Below, piece by piece: positions 1-8,455 of a DNA stretch of 36,397 nucleotides. A program made the translations under genes and the position numbers. Source of the stretch: an uncultured Tissierella sp. (GTDB lineage: Bacteria > Bacillota > Clostridia > Tissierellales > Tissierellaceae); assembly GCA_964482775.1 (NCBI GenBank), contig CAYZZR010000001.1:1-36397 (forward strand). The letters run 5' to 3'. Position 1 is the stretch's first letter. Each line of letters starts with the position of its first letter. The notes beneath the pieces were generated by a model. The model searched no databases, had not been told where the DNA came from, and saw only the letters and a list, made by a program, of their open reading frames with translations.

Positions 1-1
1 A

Positions 2-1237
2 GTTATTGAGTTTGTTAATGAAAAAGAAAAATCAATAGTAGACAAATTTAATGCTATTGATGAAATAAGAGAATTAAACCAATATAAGGTTATTAATGCA
101 ATGCAGAAAAATAGGTTAAGCTCTACTGATTTTTATTGGACTACTGGTTATGGATATGGAGATATAGGAAGAGATAAAGTTGAGAGTATCTATGCATCTG
201 TGTTTAACACAGAGGATGCACTTGTAAGACCTACAATAGCTTCTGGTACACATGCTATAACTCTAACTCTATCTGGCTTGTTAAGACCAAATGATGAGCT
301 TGTAGCTATTTCTGGTGCTCCATATGATACTTTACAAAAGGTTATTGGAGTAAAAGGTGATATATCTGGAACATTAATAGATTATGGAATTATTTATAAA
401 GAAGTACCTCTAAAGAACAACAAAATAAATATTGAGGCAGTCAAAGATACTATTTCAAACAAAACAAAGATGGTTATGATTCAAAGATCAACTGGTTATA
501 GTGACAGAAGAGCTCTTACTATTGATGAAATAGGGGAAGCTATTAAGCAAATTAGAGAGTTTAATGATACCGTCATTATAATGGTAGATAACTGTTATGG
601 AGAATTTGTTGAAACTAAAGAGCCGACAGAGGTTGGCGCAGATATTATTGCTGGTTCTTTAATCAAGAACCCTGGTGGTGGACTAGCATTATCAGGGGGA
701 TATGTGGTTGGAAAGAGAGAATTAGTAGAACAGGTTGCAAATAGATTAACTGCGCCTGGTTTGGGTAAGGATTGCGGTCTTACATTTGGAACATCTAGAA
801 CAACAATGCAAGGTTTATTTTTGGCGCCTCATATAGTGGCTGAAGCTGTTAAGGGCGCACTCTTAGTAGCAAAGACCTATAATGATCTTGGATTTAAAGT
901 AGTTCCAGGCCTTGATGATAAAAGAAGTGATATAATTCAAGGAGTAGAGTTGTTGATTCCTGAAAGAGTAAGTGAATTTTGTAAGGGAATTCAAGCTGCT
1001 GCTGCTGTTGATTCTTATGTAATACCTGAAGCTTGGGACATGCCTGGTTATGAAGATAAGGTGATTATGGCAGCTGGCGGATTCATAGAAGGATCTTCAA
1101 TTGAATTGAGTGCAGATGGTCCAATGAGAGAACCATACTATGCTTACTATCAAGGTGGGTTAACCTATGAGCACTGTAAGCTTGGGGTTTTAAAGTCTCT
1201 TAACAATCTCTATACTAAAAATTTGATTAGTATATAA
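2..1237 (+). CDS. ynbB: YnbB-like PLP-dependent protein (aluminium-resistance / methionine gamma-lyase family), 5' end outside the window
   Basis: Frame is open from base 2 (VIEFVNEKEK...) through the Met at 101; motifs TTGYGYGDIGRD, SGTHAI, DNCYGEF, GSLIKNPGGG (PLP Lys), SSIELSADGP; usual neighbour of lexA. Confidence 0.85.
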   Translation, partial: VIEFVNEKEKSIVDKFNAIDEIRELNQYKVINAMQKNRLSSTDFYWTTGYGYGDIGRDKVESIYASVFNTEDALVRPTIASGTHAITLTLSGLLRPNDELVAISGAPYDTLQKVIGVKGDISGTLIDYGIIYKEVPLKNNKINIEAVKDTISNKTKMVMIQRSTGYSDRRALTIDEIGEAIKQIREFNDTVIIMVDNCYGEFVETKEPTEVGADIIAGSLIKNPGGGLALSGGYVVGKRELVEQVANRLTAPGLGKDCGLTFGTSRTTMQGLFLAPHIVAEAVKGALLVAKTYNDLGFKVVPGLDDKRSDIIQGVELLIPERVSEFCKGIQAAAAVDSYVIPEAWDMPGYEDKVIMAAGGFIEGSSIELSADGPMREPYYAYYQGGLTYEHCKLGVLKSLNNLYTKNLISI

Positions 1238-1270
1238 AGACATGATAAATGAGCGGAGGTAGTCTCTGTC

Positions 1271-1319
1271 ATAGAAATAGAAAAAACATCATATTATATG
1301 ATGTTTTTTCTATTTCTAT
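1271..1319. terminator. Long AT-rich inverted repeat, probable bidirectional terminator between convergent ynbB and lexA
   Basis: ATAGAAATAGAAAAAACATCATA-tta-TATGATGTTTTTTCTATTTCTAT: perfect 23-bp arms with internal A/T tracts. Confidence 0.75.
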
Positions 1320-1333
1320 ATATAATTCTAATA

Positions 1334-1951
1334 TTATATCTTTCTGTAAAGTCCAATGACCTTACCTAGAACAGTTACATCTTTTGAGTAGATTGGTTCC
1401 ATAAATTGATTTTCTGGTTGTAATCTTATGGTATCTTTTTCTTTATAGAATCGCTTTATTGTAGCTTCCTCGCCTAATAATGCGACTATTATTTCTCCGT
1501 TATGTGCTTGATTTTGCTCTTTTACAAGAACTAAATCACCATCTAAAATTCCGGCTTCTATCATGCTTTCGCCTTGAACCTGAAGCATAAATACATCATA
1601 TCCTTCTACCAAATCTAAAGGAACTGGATAGGTCTCTTCAATATTCTCTATAGCTAAAATAGGAGCACCTGCTGTGACTCTACCGATAATAGGTACATCT
1701 AGAGTTTTTTTATGAGCAAAAAGGAAATCATTATCCTTGTCCAAAATTTCTATAGCTCTAGGTTTAGTAGGATCTTTTCTTATGTATCCTTTTGCTTCAA
1801 GTTTTTCAAGATGACCATGAACAGTGGAAGTGGATTTAAGGTTTACACCTTTACAAATCTCTCTTACAGCTGGAGGATATCCCTGTCTTGATAATTCGTT
1901 TTTAATATATAGAAGTATTTCTATCTGTTTTTGTGATAAATCTTCATACAT
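1334..1951 (-). CDS. lexA: SOS repressor LexA
   Basis: w[22 protein letters not shown], Ala-Gly cleavage site (VTAGAP), catalytic Ser (GESM) and Lys (ATIKRF); start moved to ATG 1951 behind SD AGGAGG. Confidence 0.97.
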   Translation of the reverse strand: MYEDLSQKQIEILLYIKNELSRQGYPPAVREICKGVNLKSTSTVHGHLEKLEAKGYIRKDPTKPRAIEILDKDNDFLFAHKKTLDVPIIGRVTAGAPILAIENIEETYPVPLDLVEGYDVFMLQVQGESMIEAGILDGDLVLVKEQNQAHNGEIIVALLGEEATIKRFYKEKDTIRLQPENQFMEPIYSKDVTVLGKVIGLYRKI

Positions 1952-1989
1952 AACACACACCTCCTTGATCTTTCCTGATTCTTTACTTG

Positions 1990-2018
1990 ATTATACCATA
2001 ACATATAAAATAAATCAA
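1990..2018 (-). promoter_or_regulatory. SigA-type promoter of lexA
   Basis: Minus strand TTGATT-17 nt-TATAAT with extended -10 TG. Confidence 0.75.
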
Positions 2019-2111
2019 ACAAAGGTTCTGATTTTTTTCTAAAAACTATTGACTTGGAACGAATGTTTGTGTAGAATAGATTTATAGAACGATTGTTCAG
2101 AACAAATGAGC
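2017..2111. promoter_or_regulatory. Cluster of LexA (Cheo) boxes GAAC-N4-GTTC between lexA and yneA
   Basis: AAACAAAGGTTC 2017-2028 (overlaps lexA -35), GAACGAATGTTT 2057-2068 (inside yneA promoter spacer), perfect GAACGATTGTTC 2087-2098, weak GAACAAATGAGC 2100-2111. Confidence 0.9.
2049..2077 (+). promoter_or_regulatory. SigA-type promoter of yneA-like gene
   Basis: TTGACT-17 nt-TAGAAT. Confidence 0.75.
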
Positions 2112-2121
2112 GAGGTGCCAT

Positions 2122-2430
2122 ATGAAAAATAGAAGGTATGTAATAGTAAATAGTACTAGATTCTTTGTATTTATAACATTTATGCTAGTTTTTATAGCGT
2201 TACTTTTATCCTTGATATTCAATTTGTCTAAAGTTCATAGCTCTGCATATATGCAAAATTATAGGATCTATGATGTTGTAGAAGGGGATAGCTTATGGGA
2301 AATTTCTCTTAAAACTATGCCTGATGGATTTGATGTTAGAAGAATGGTGTATGAAATAAAAGAACTTAATGATATGGAAACTAGCTATATTTATGAAGGA
2401 GAATCGATTAAAATTCCAATTGTTAAATGA
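2122..2430 (+). CDS. yneA: YneA-like SOS cell-division inhibitor (one TM helix + LysM)
   Basis: N-terminal hydrophobic helix, LysM YDVVEGDSLWEIS...IYEGESIKIP, divergent from lexA, SD GAGGTG. Confidence 0.85.
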   Translation: MKNRRYVIVNSTRFFVFITFMLVFIALLLSLIFNLSKVHSSAYMQNYRIYDVVEGDSLWEISLKTMPDGFDVRRMVYEIKELNDMETSYIYEGESIKIPIVK

Positions 2431-2438
2431 ATATAAAT

Positions 2439-2468
2439 AAAAAACTGAAGATTATTCTTCAGTTTTTT
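2439..2468. terminator. Bidirectional terminator between yneA and the recombinase
   Basis: AAAAAACTGAAGA-ttat-TCTTCAGTTTTTT, overlapping the recombinase stop codon. Confidence 0.8.
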
Positions 2469-3432
2469 CTGCTTTTCTATGGGCTAAAGGATTGCTTTTT
2501 ACAGCACTTCTAAGTCTATCATCATCTATATGAGTGTATATTTGAGTAGTTCCAACTGATTCGTGGCCTAAAATCTCTTGAAGTGCTCTAATATCTACAT
2601 TCCCATACTTGTACATCAATGTAGCTGCAGTATGCCTTAATTTATGAGTAGAGTAGATACTAGAATCCAAACCAGCTTTGTCTAAATATCTGTCTATCAT
2701 ATGCTGAATGGCGCGGTTACTCATTCTATGTTTTCTTTTGCTTATAAACAATGCCTTTTTATCATGAACTTCAATAGGCCTTACTGTTAAGTAATCATTG
2801 ATTGCTTCTATACAAGAATCGTTTAAGAATATAGTTCTTTCTTTGTTGCCTTTGCCGATTACCGATAGGGTGTCGTTATTTCTTATTTTATCAATATCTA
2901 TACTAGCAAGTTCGGATAGTCTTAATCCGCAATTTAGAAATAATATGACAATAGCATAATCTCTTTTTCTGTATTCATCGTTTTTATTTTCAAGAATAGT
3001 ATTGAGCAAATGTTGAGCTTCATCTAAAGTTAAATATACTGGGTGACGATCTTCGGTTTTAGGGAACTCTAAGGCTTTAGCGGGATTTTCATCGATTAAA
3101 TTTACCCTTAAACTTAGGTATTCGAAGAAGGATCTGATAGATGATACTTTTCTAGATTTTGTAAAGTTCCCATTATCACGATTTTTATCTACATAGGATA
3201 TGTATGCATGGAGATCCTGGATTTTTATCTTTTTTATAAAATCAAGATCTATATCAGATATATCAATTTGATCAAATTGAAGATCTATATCAACTAACTT
3301 GAATCTTTGTTTCATGAATCTAAAAAATGTTCTCAAATCAAAAGCGTATTCTTTAACAGTATTTGGAGATGTTCCTTTGATAGTTTCCATATAATTTAAG
3401 TAATCTTCCATAATTAGTGGTATTCCATTCAT
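2452..3432 (-). CDS. XerC/XerS-like tyrosine recombinase
   Basis: Catalytic set intact: GLRLSE (R), GKGNKER (K), HKLRH, LGH, TTQIY; N-terminal SAM-like domain (SPNTVKEY); start moved to ATG 3432 behind SD GAGGG. Confidence 0.92.
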   Translation of the reverse strand: MNGIPLIMEDYLNYMETIKGTSPNTVKEYAFDLRTFFRFMKQRFKLVDIDLQFDQIDISDIDLDFIKKIKIQDLHAYISYVDKNRDNGNFTKSRKVSSIRSFFEYLSLRVNLIDENPAKALEFPKTEDRHPVYLTLDEAQHLLNTILENKNDEYRKRDYAIVILFLNCGLRLSELASIDIDKIRNNDTLSVIGKGNKERTIFLNDSCIEAINDYLTVRPIEVHDKKALFISKRKHRMSNRAIQHMIDRYLDKAGLDSSIYSTHKLRHTAATLMYKYGNVDIRALQEILGHESVGTTQIYTHIDDDRLRSAVKSNPLAHRKAEKTEE

Positions 3433-3452
3433 ATTATCCCTCATTTCTGTAT

Positions 3453-3488
3453 ACATTAGTCACAAAATAACTATTTTGTGACTAATGT
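3453..3488. repeat. 36-bp palindrome containing an 11-6-11 dif-like core (candidate recombinase site)
   Basis: ACATTAGTCACAAAATA-ac-TATTTTGTGACTAATGT; core TAGTCACAAAA-TAACTA-TTTTGTGACTA at 3457-3484. The repeat is certain; its function is inferred. Confidence 0.7.
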
Positions 3489-3891
3489 TATATCTTTTAA
3501 AAATCTTTTATTCATATATTACTATCTTGCATCCTATATTTTTAATATGAACTTGTATTTAATAAATAATTTACAAAGTTATTACAAACATAAGTAACAC
3601 ACTAAGTCTTTCTTAGAGCATCTTGTCCAAATAATAAAAATGGATCAAAACTCAGTTAATCATACTAAAAATTCTTTTATCTTCAATTCAAGATTTCAAC
3701 TTTCACAATAATAGTCAGGGCGACCTCTAGAAACGCTACTGGATAAATAGCGACCACTTCCATCAATCAAGGCTGTAAAATGTCTTAAAAACGATTTTGA
3801 GAGGTCATTATATTCAATAAAACTAAGATTTATACAATATCCTGATTATTTAATATAAATTATTATAAAAATAAATATTCAATACAATTTG

Positions 3892-3930
3892 CCCTATGGT
3901 TGACATAATTCAATTATGTCAACCATAGGG
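3892..3930. repeat. 39-bp perfect palindrome with XerD-arm-like halves; alternatively the aminotransferase terminator
   Basis: CCCTATGGTTGACATAATT-c-AATTATGTCAACCATAGGG; no flanking U tract on either strand. Confidence 0.7.
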
Positions 3931-3953
3931 ATTATAATTAAAAATTACTTTAA

Positions 3954-5141
3954 TTATATAGTTTCTTTTATTCTATTTAAACCTTCTTCTATATTCTCTA
4001 TTGAAGTTGCATATGAAAGTCTAATATAATTATCATCACCAAATGCTATTCCAGGCACTACAGCAACTCTCCCCTTCTCCAATAATAAATTTGCTACATC
4101 TAATGATGAATCAATTTTTATACCTTGAATTGTTCTACCTTTGAGATTTGATATATTGACCATAATATAGAAAGCTCCTTTTGGTGTTCTACAACTTAAC
4201 CCTTCTATTGAATTGATTTTATCAACCATGTATAGACGTCTTTTGTTAAATTGCAATTTCATTTCCTCTAAACTTGACTGATCCCCTTCTAATCCTGCTA
4301 CGCTAGCATATTGAGCAATAGATGATGGATTTGAAGTTGTATGACTTTGGACATTCCCCATAATTTTTATAATATCCTCATGAGCTGCCGCATAACCAAT
4401 TCTCCATCCCGTCATTGCATACGCTTTAGACATACCATTTATTGTTATTGTTAAGTCATGAATTTCCTTATTTAAAGATGCAATACTGATATGCTTTTCA
4501 TCACCATATATTAGTTTTTCATACAATTCGTCTGACAATACGAATACATTATTGTTTACCGCCCACTTCGCTATATCTTTAATCTCTTTTTCATCATATA
4601 TTGATCCTGTAGGATTACTAGGAGAATTTAGTATAAGAACCTTAGTTCTATCTGTTTGTGCAGCCTCTAAATCCTTAACAGTGTATTTAAAATCATTACT
4701 TTCTTCTGTTTCTATAAATACAGGTACTCCACCAGCAATTTTAACTAACTCAGGATAACTTACCCAATAAGGTACCCCTATTAATACTTCATCACCAGGG
4801 TTTAATACTGCCATAAGTGCATTATAGATAGAATGCTTGCCCCCATTGGAAATAATTATATTATTAGGAGAGTAGTCTAAGTTATTGTCATCTCTTAATT
4901 TCTTACAAATAGCTTTTTTTAATTCAGTTATGCCTGATGTTGGAGTATATTTAGTTAAACCTTCAGTTATAGCTCTGATGCCTTCATCTTGAATATTTTT
5001 TGGTGTATTGAAATCTGGTTCACCAACACTAAAACTAATCACATTTATTCCATTTTCTTTCATTGCCTTGGCTTTTGCTGTAATTTCTAATGTTACAGAT
5101 GGTTCAATTGCCATTCCTTTCTTAGATAAGTCCATATTCAT
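3954..5141 (-). CDS. aspC: Class I PLP-dependent (aspartate) aminotransferase
   Basis: GEPDF, YWVSY, NSPSNPTG, SDELY, NGMSKAYAMTGWRIGY (PLP Lys), IRLSYA; start ATG 5141 behind SD GGAGG. Confidence 0.9.
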   Translation of the reverse strand: MNMDLSKKGMAIEPSVTLEITAKAKAMKENGINVISFSVGEPDFNTPKNIQDEGIRAITEGLTKYTPTSGITELKKAICKKLRDDNNLDYSPNNIIISNGGKHSIYNALMAVLNPGDEVLIGVPYWVSYPELVKIAGGVPVFIETEESNDFKYTVKDLEAAQTDRTKVLILNSPSNPTGSIYDEKEIKDIAKWAVNNNVFVLSDELYEKLIYGDEKHISIASLNKEIHDLTITINGMSKAYAMTGWRIGYAAAHEDIIKIMGNVQSHTTSNPSSIAQYASVAGLEGDQSSLEEMKLQFNKRRLYMVDKINSIEGLSCRTPKGAFYIMVNISNLKGRTIQGIKIDSSLDVANLLLEKGRVAVVPGIAFGDDNYIRLSYATSIENIEEGLNRIKETI

Positions 5142-5164
5142 ATCCAACCTCCAATATATTTGAA

Positions 5165-5542
5165 TTAATTACCGACTTTATATATATCTCTTAACACATT
5201 CTTGATTATAAGTAAAGAATCATCAAGTGATTCCTTATTTTGTAGTTTTATTACTTTATAATGTTCTAAACCTTTATCTGTAATTTTATATCTTCTAATA
5301 GATCTTTTAAGAGGTTCATCCCATTTACCTTCAATATATCCTTCTTCTTCTAAATCACGTAGCATAGGATAAATCATTCCATAAGATGGGCTCCATTTTC
5401 CATGTAATCTTCTGTTTATCTCATCTTTAATTCGATTACCATAGTAACTCTTCTCTGTTAAGAGATGTAATATGTACATTTTTACAAAGGAAGTAGTACT
5501 TATGGTAGTAGGAAATTGCCGTTGCCTTTCACCTTTACTCAT
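5165..5542 (-). CDS. PadR-family transcriptional regulator
   Basis: YGNRI..PSYGMIYPMLRDLEEEGYI..RRYKITDKG wHTH pattern. Confidence 0.9.
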   Translation of the reverse strand: MSKGERQRQFPTTISTTSFVKMYILHLLTEKSYYGNRIKDEINRRLHGKWSPSYGMIYPMLRDLEEEGYIEGKWDEPLKRSIRRYKITDKGLEHYKVIKLQNKESLDDSLLIIKNVLRDIYKVGN

Positions 5543-6347
5543 TATTAATCCTCTCTTTCATTCTAGGTATATTATCTAAATTAACACTAATATCTCCAAG
5601 CACACCTCTATCACCATGAAAATCAGATCCACCTGTTATGATTAAATTAGCTTCTTTAGCTAACTGTCTAAAATATTTTTCATCTTCATTTGTATGATTT
5701 GAATGATAACATTCAATGCCATCTATACCATTATCAATGCAATAATCAACAATTGTTTTGTCCTTCAATAATCCTGGATGGGCAAGCACTGAAATACCAT
5801 TAGATTTATGAATAAGTTCGATAGTATTTTTAATTGTTAAATGATATCTATCAACATAAGCGGGCTTTCCTCTATCTAAGTATCTATCAAAAGCTTCCTT
5901 AATGTCTTTTACATATCCTTTTTCAATCATAGTTCTAGCAATATGTGGTCTTCCAATATTGTTATTACTAGCCAGTTTTTTTACATCATCATAATCAATA
6001 ATAATATCAAGTTCTTTAAGACGGTTAATAATAGATTTAGCTCTATCAGTCCTAGAGGATTGTAATTTATTGGTGATATATACTAAATCAATGTTATCTA
6101 AATCCATAAAATAACCTAATATATGAACTTCCTCATTATTACAAACACATCCAAATTCTATACCAGGTATTATATAGAAATTATTATATTCTTTACTTTT
6201 ATTAATAGCTATTTCAACTCCACGAATAGTATCATGATCAGTAATAGCTATACCATCTAAACCCTTAGTTACTGCTAAGTCGACTACTTCCATAGGGTTA
6301 AATATACCATCAGAGTATGTAGTATGAACATGTAAATCAAATTTCAT
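5535..6347 (-). CDS. PHP-domain metal-dependent phosphoesterase (TrpH/YciV-like)
   Basis: DLHVHTTYSDG, ITDHD, GIE, HILGY, GRPHIA, LAHP, GGSDFHG. Confidence 0.9.
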   Translation of the reverse strand: MKFDLHVHTTYSDGIFNPMEVVDLAVTKGLDGIAITDHDTIRGVEIAINKSKEYNNFYIIPGIEFGCVCNNEEVHILGYFMDLDNIDLVYITNKLQSSRTDRAKSIINRLKELDIIIDYDDVKKLASNNNIGRPHIARTMIEKGYVKDIKEAFDRYLDRGKPAYVDRYHLTIKNTIELIHKSNGISVLAHPGLLKDKTIVDYCIDNGIDGIECYHSNHTNEDEKYFRQLAKEANLIITGGSDFHGDRGVLGDISVNLDNIPRMKERINNE

Positions 6348-6387
6348 CTAGAACCTCCTTAATGAGAAGAATATTATCATTATTTTT

Positions 6388-6414
6388 AAAAAAACCTGCC
6401 AAAAGGCAGGTTTT
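6388..6414 (-). terminator. Intrinsic terminator after spoVS
   Basis: Minus strand AAAACCTGCC-tttt-GGCAGG followed by T7. Confidence 0.85.
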
Positions 6415-6673
6415 ATCTTGGTTCAATTATTAACTTAATTGCAGTTCTTTCTTCACCTTCTATTACAATATCTGTAAAAGCAGGTATACAAATTAGGTCA
6501 AGACCAGTGGGTGCAACAAATCCTCTTGCTATAGCAATCGCCTTAATCGCTTGATTAATAGCACCTGCTCCTATTGCTTGGATTTCAGCCGATCCATTGT
6601 CTCTTAAAACTCCTGCTAGTGCACCGGCAACAGAGTTTGGTATTGATTTTGATGATACTTTTAATACATTCAT
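6413..6673 (-). CDS. spoVS: Stage V sporulation protein S
   Basis: LKVSSKSxPNSVAGALAGV...AIGAGAINQAIKAIAIARGFVAP, 86 aa. Confidence 0.97.
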   Translation of the reverse strand: MNVLKVSSKSIPNSVAGALAGVLRDNGSAEIQAIGAGAINQAIKAIAIARGFVAPTGLDLICIPAFTDIVIEGEERTAIKLIIEPR

Positions 6674-6730
6674 TATTATAGTCCCCCCTACTCAATTAAT
6701 AATATATTAATATATCAAATATCAATTATA

Positions 6731-8263
6731 TTATTTAGCATACTCAATAGCTCTAGTCTCCCGGATAACATTAACTTTTATTTGACCTGGATAGTCTAGT
6801 TCGGATTCAATTTTCTTTACAATTTCTCTTGCTGTATGAACAATCTGACTTTCATTTACTTCATCAGGTTTTACTAATATTCTTATTTCACGACCTGCTT
6901 GAATAGCATATGATCTTTCAACTCCATCAAAAGAGTTGGCTATTTCTTCAAGTTTTTCCAATCTTCTTATATAGTTTTCAAGACTTTCACGTCTTGCTCC
7001 TGGTCTTGCAGCTGAAATTGCATCAGCAGCTTGTACAAGCACTGCTTCTATAGTTTGTGGTTCAATATCTCCATGATGAGCAGCTATACCATGTATAACT
7101 TCTTTTGATTCTTTATATCTACGTGCTAAGTCAGCTCCAATATCTACATGAGGACCTTCTACTTCATGATCAACAGCTTTACCTAAATCATGCAATAAAC
7201 CTGCTCTTTTAGCAATTTTCACATCGGCTCCAAGTTCAGCAGCCATTATTCCAGCAAGATGAGATACTTCGATAGAGTGTTTTAGAACGTTTTGACCGTA
7301 ACTTGTTCTATATTTTAATCTACCTAATAACTTTATAATTTCTGGATGTAATCCATGAACACCTGTATCAAATGCTGCTTGTTCGCCTTCTTCACGAATT
7401 ATATTTTCAACTTCTTTCTTAGCCTTTTCAACCATTTCTTCAATTCTTGCAGGATGTATTCTACCATCTACAATCAGTTTCTCAAGTGCTATTCTAGCCA
7501 CTTCTCTTCTAATTGGATCAAATCCTGACAAAACAACAGCTTCTGGGGTATCGTCAATAATTAGATCAATACCAGTCAAAGTCTCAAGTGTCCTAATATT
7601 TCTTCCTTCACGACCTATGATTCGACCCTTCATCTCATCATTTGGTAATGAAACTACTGTTACTGTAGTTTCGGCTACATGATCTGCCGCACATCTCTGA
7701 ATTGCTGTTGTAATAATTTCTCTTGCTTTTTTATCCGCTTCTTCCTTTGCTTTTGCTTCCATATCTTTAATCATAATTGCGGATTCATGAATTATTTCTT
7801 TCTTAATATCACTTAATAATTCTTCCTTTGCTTCTTCGGACGTTAATCCAGAAAGTCGTTCTAGTTCTAAGGTTTGTTTTTCATATAATTCATTAATTGA
7901 TTCTTCTTTTTCTTCAAGATATTTGTTCTTCTTTGCTATTTGTTCTTCTTTTTTCTCTATTGACTCTGATTTTCTATCAAGAGTTTCTTCTTTATGAAGC
8001 ACTCTTCTTTCAAGCTTTTGCACTTCATTTCTACGTTCTCTTGTTTCTTTTTCAGCTTCTGTTCTTGATTTGTGAATCTCTTCTTTTGCTTCTAATAAAA
8101 GCTCCTTTTTACGAGCTTCGCCGTCTTTTTCGGCTTCTTCAGTAATCTTTTTCGCTAACTCTTCAGCGTTCTTTATTTTCCCTTCGCCTATATATCTTCT
8201 TATAAAATAACCAGCGATAATTCCAATAACTAAGCTTAGAATTAAATAAATTAATCTGTCAAT
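6731..8263 (-). CDS. rny: Ribonuclease Y (start probably ATT at 8263; ORF track starts at ATG 8302)
   Basis: N-terminal TM helix, coiled coil, KH domain ([13 protein letters not shown]), HD domain ([26 protein letters not shown]). Confidence 0.96.
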   Translation of the reverse strand: MDRLIYLILSLVIGIIAGYFIRRYIGEGKIKNAEELAKKITEEAEKDGEARKKELLLEAKEEIHKSRTEAEKETRERRNEVQKLERRVLHKEETLDRKSESIEKKEEQIAKKNKYLEEKEESINELYEKQTLELERLSGLTSEEAKEELLSDIKKEIIHESAIMIKDMEAKAKEEADKKAREIITTAIQRCAADHVAETTVTVVSLPNDEMKGRIIGREGRNIRTLETLTGIDLIIDDTPEAVVLSGFDPIRREVARIALEKLIVDGRIHPARIEEMVEKAKKEVENIIREEGEQAAFDTGVHGLHPEIIKLLGRLKYRTSYGQNVLKHSIEVSHLAGIMAAELGADVKIAKRAGLLHDLGKAVDHEVEGPHVDIGADLARRYKESKEVIHGIAAHHGDIEPQTIEAVLVQAADAISAARPGARRESLENYIRRLEKLEEIANSFDGVERSYAIQAGREIRILVKPDEVNESQIVHTAREIVKKIESELDYPGQIKVNVIRETRAIEYAK

Positions 8264-8395
8264 AACTAAACACCTCCATTGTATTAAATTTTCAAGTTCC
8301 ATAGTGCATTTACATTCTAATAAAAGTATAAGCAGAGAAAAAATCAGCTCTCAGCTTATTGGATTAATATTACATTGTATGGTTACACACATACT

Positions 8396-8424
8396 ATTTT
8401 ATTACTTTTAGTAACTTATGTCAA
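8396..8424 (-). promoter_or_regulatory. SigA-type promoter of rny
   Basis: Minus strand TTGACA-17 nt-TAAAAT. Confidence 0.8.
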
Positions 8425-8455
8425 GATATTAAGTTGTTACTATAGTATGTATTTA

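Noticed and set aside
1824-2121. ORFs 1824-2042 (+) and 1921-2121 (-)
   Set aside because: They overlap lexA and its promoter/operator region and show no protein motifs
2452-3432. Tyrosine recombinase as a prophage or ICE integrase
   Set aside because: No phage, conjugation or cargo genes, no tRNA target and no flanking direct repeats seen; neighbours are core genes
3683-3763. 26-aa hydrophobic minus-strand ORF MEVVAIYPVAFLEVALTIIVKVEILN as a type I toxin
   Set aside because: No SD and no well-spaced promoter upstream; such ORFs arise by chance in AT-rich DNA
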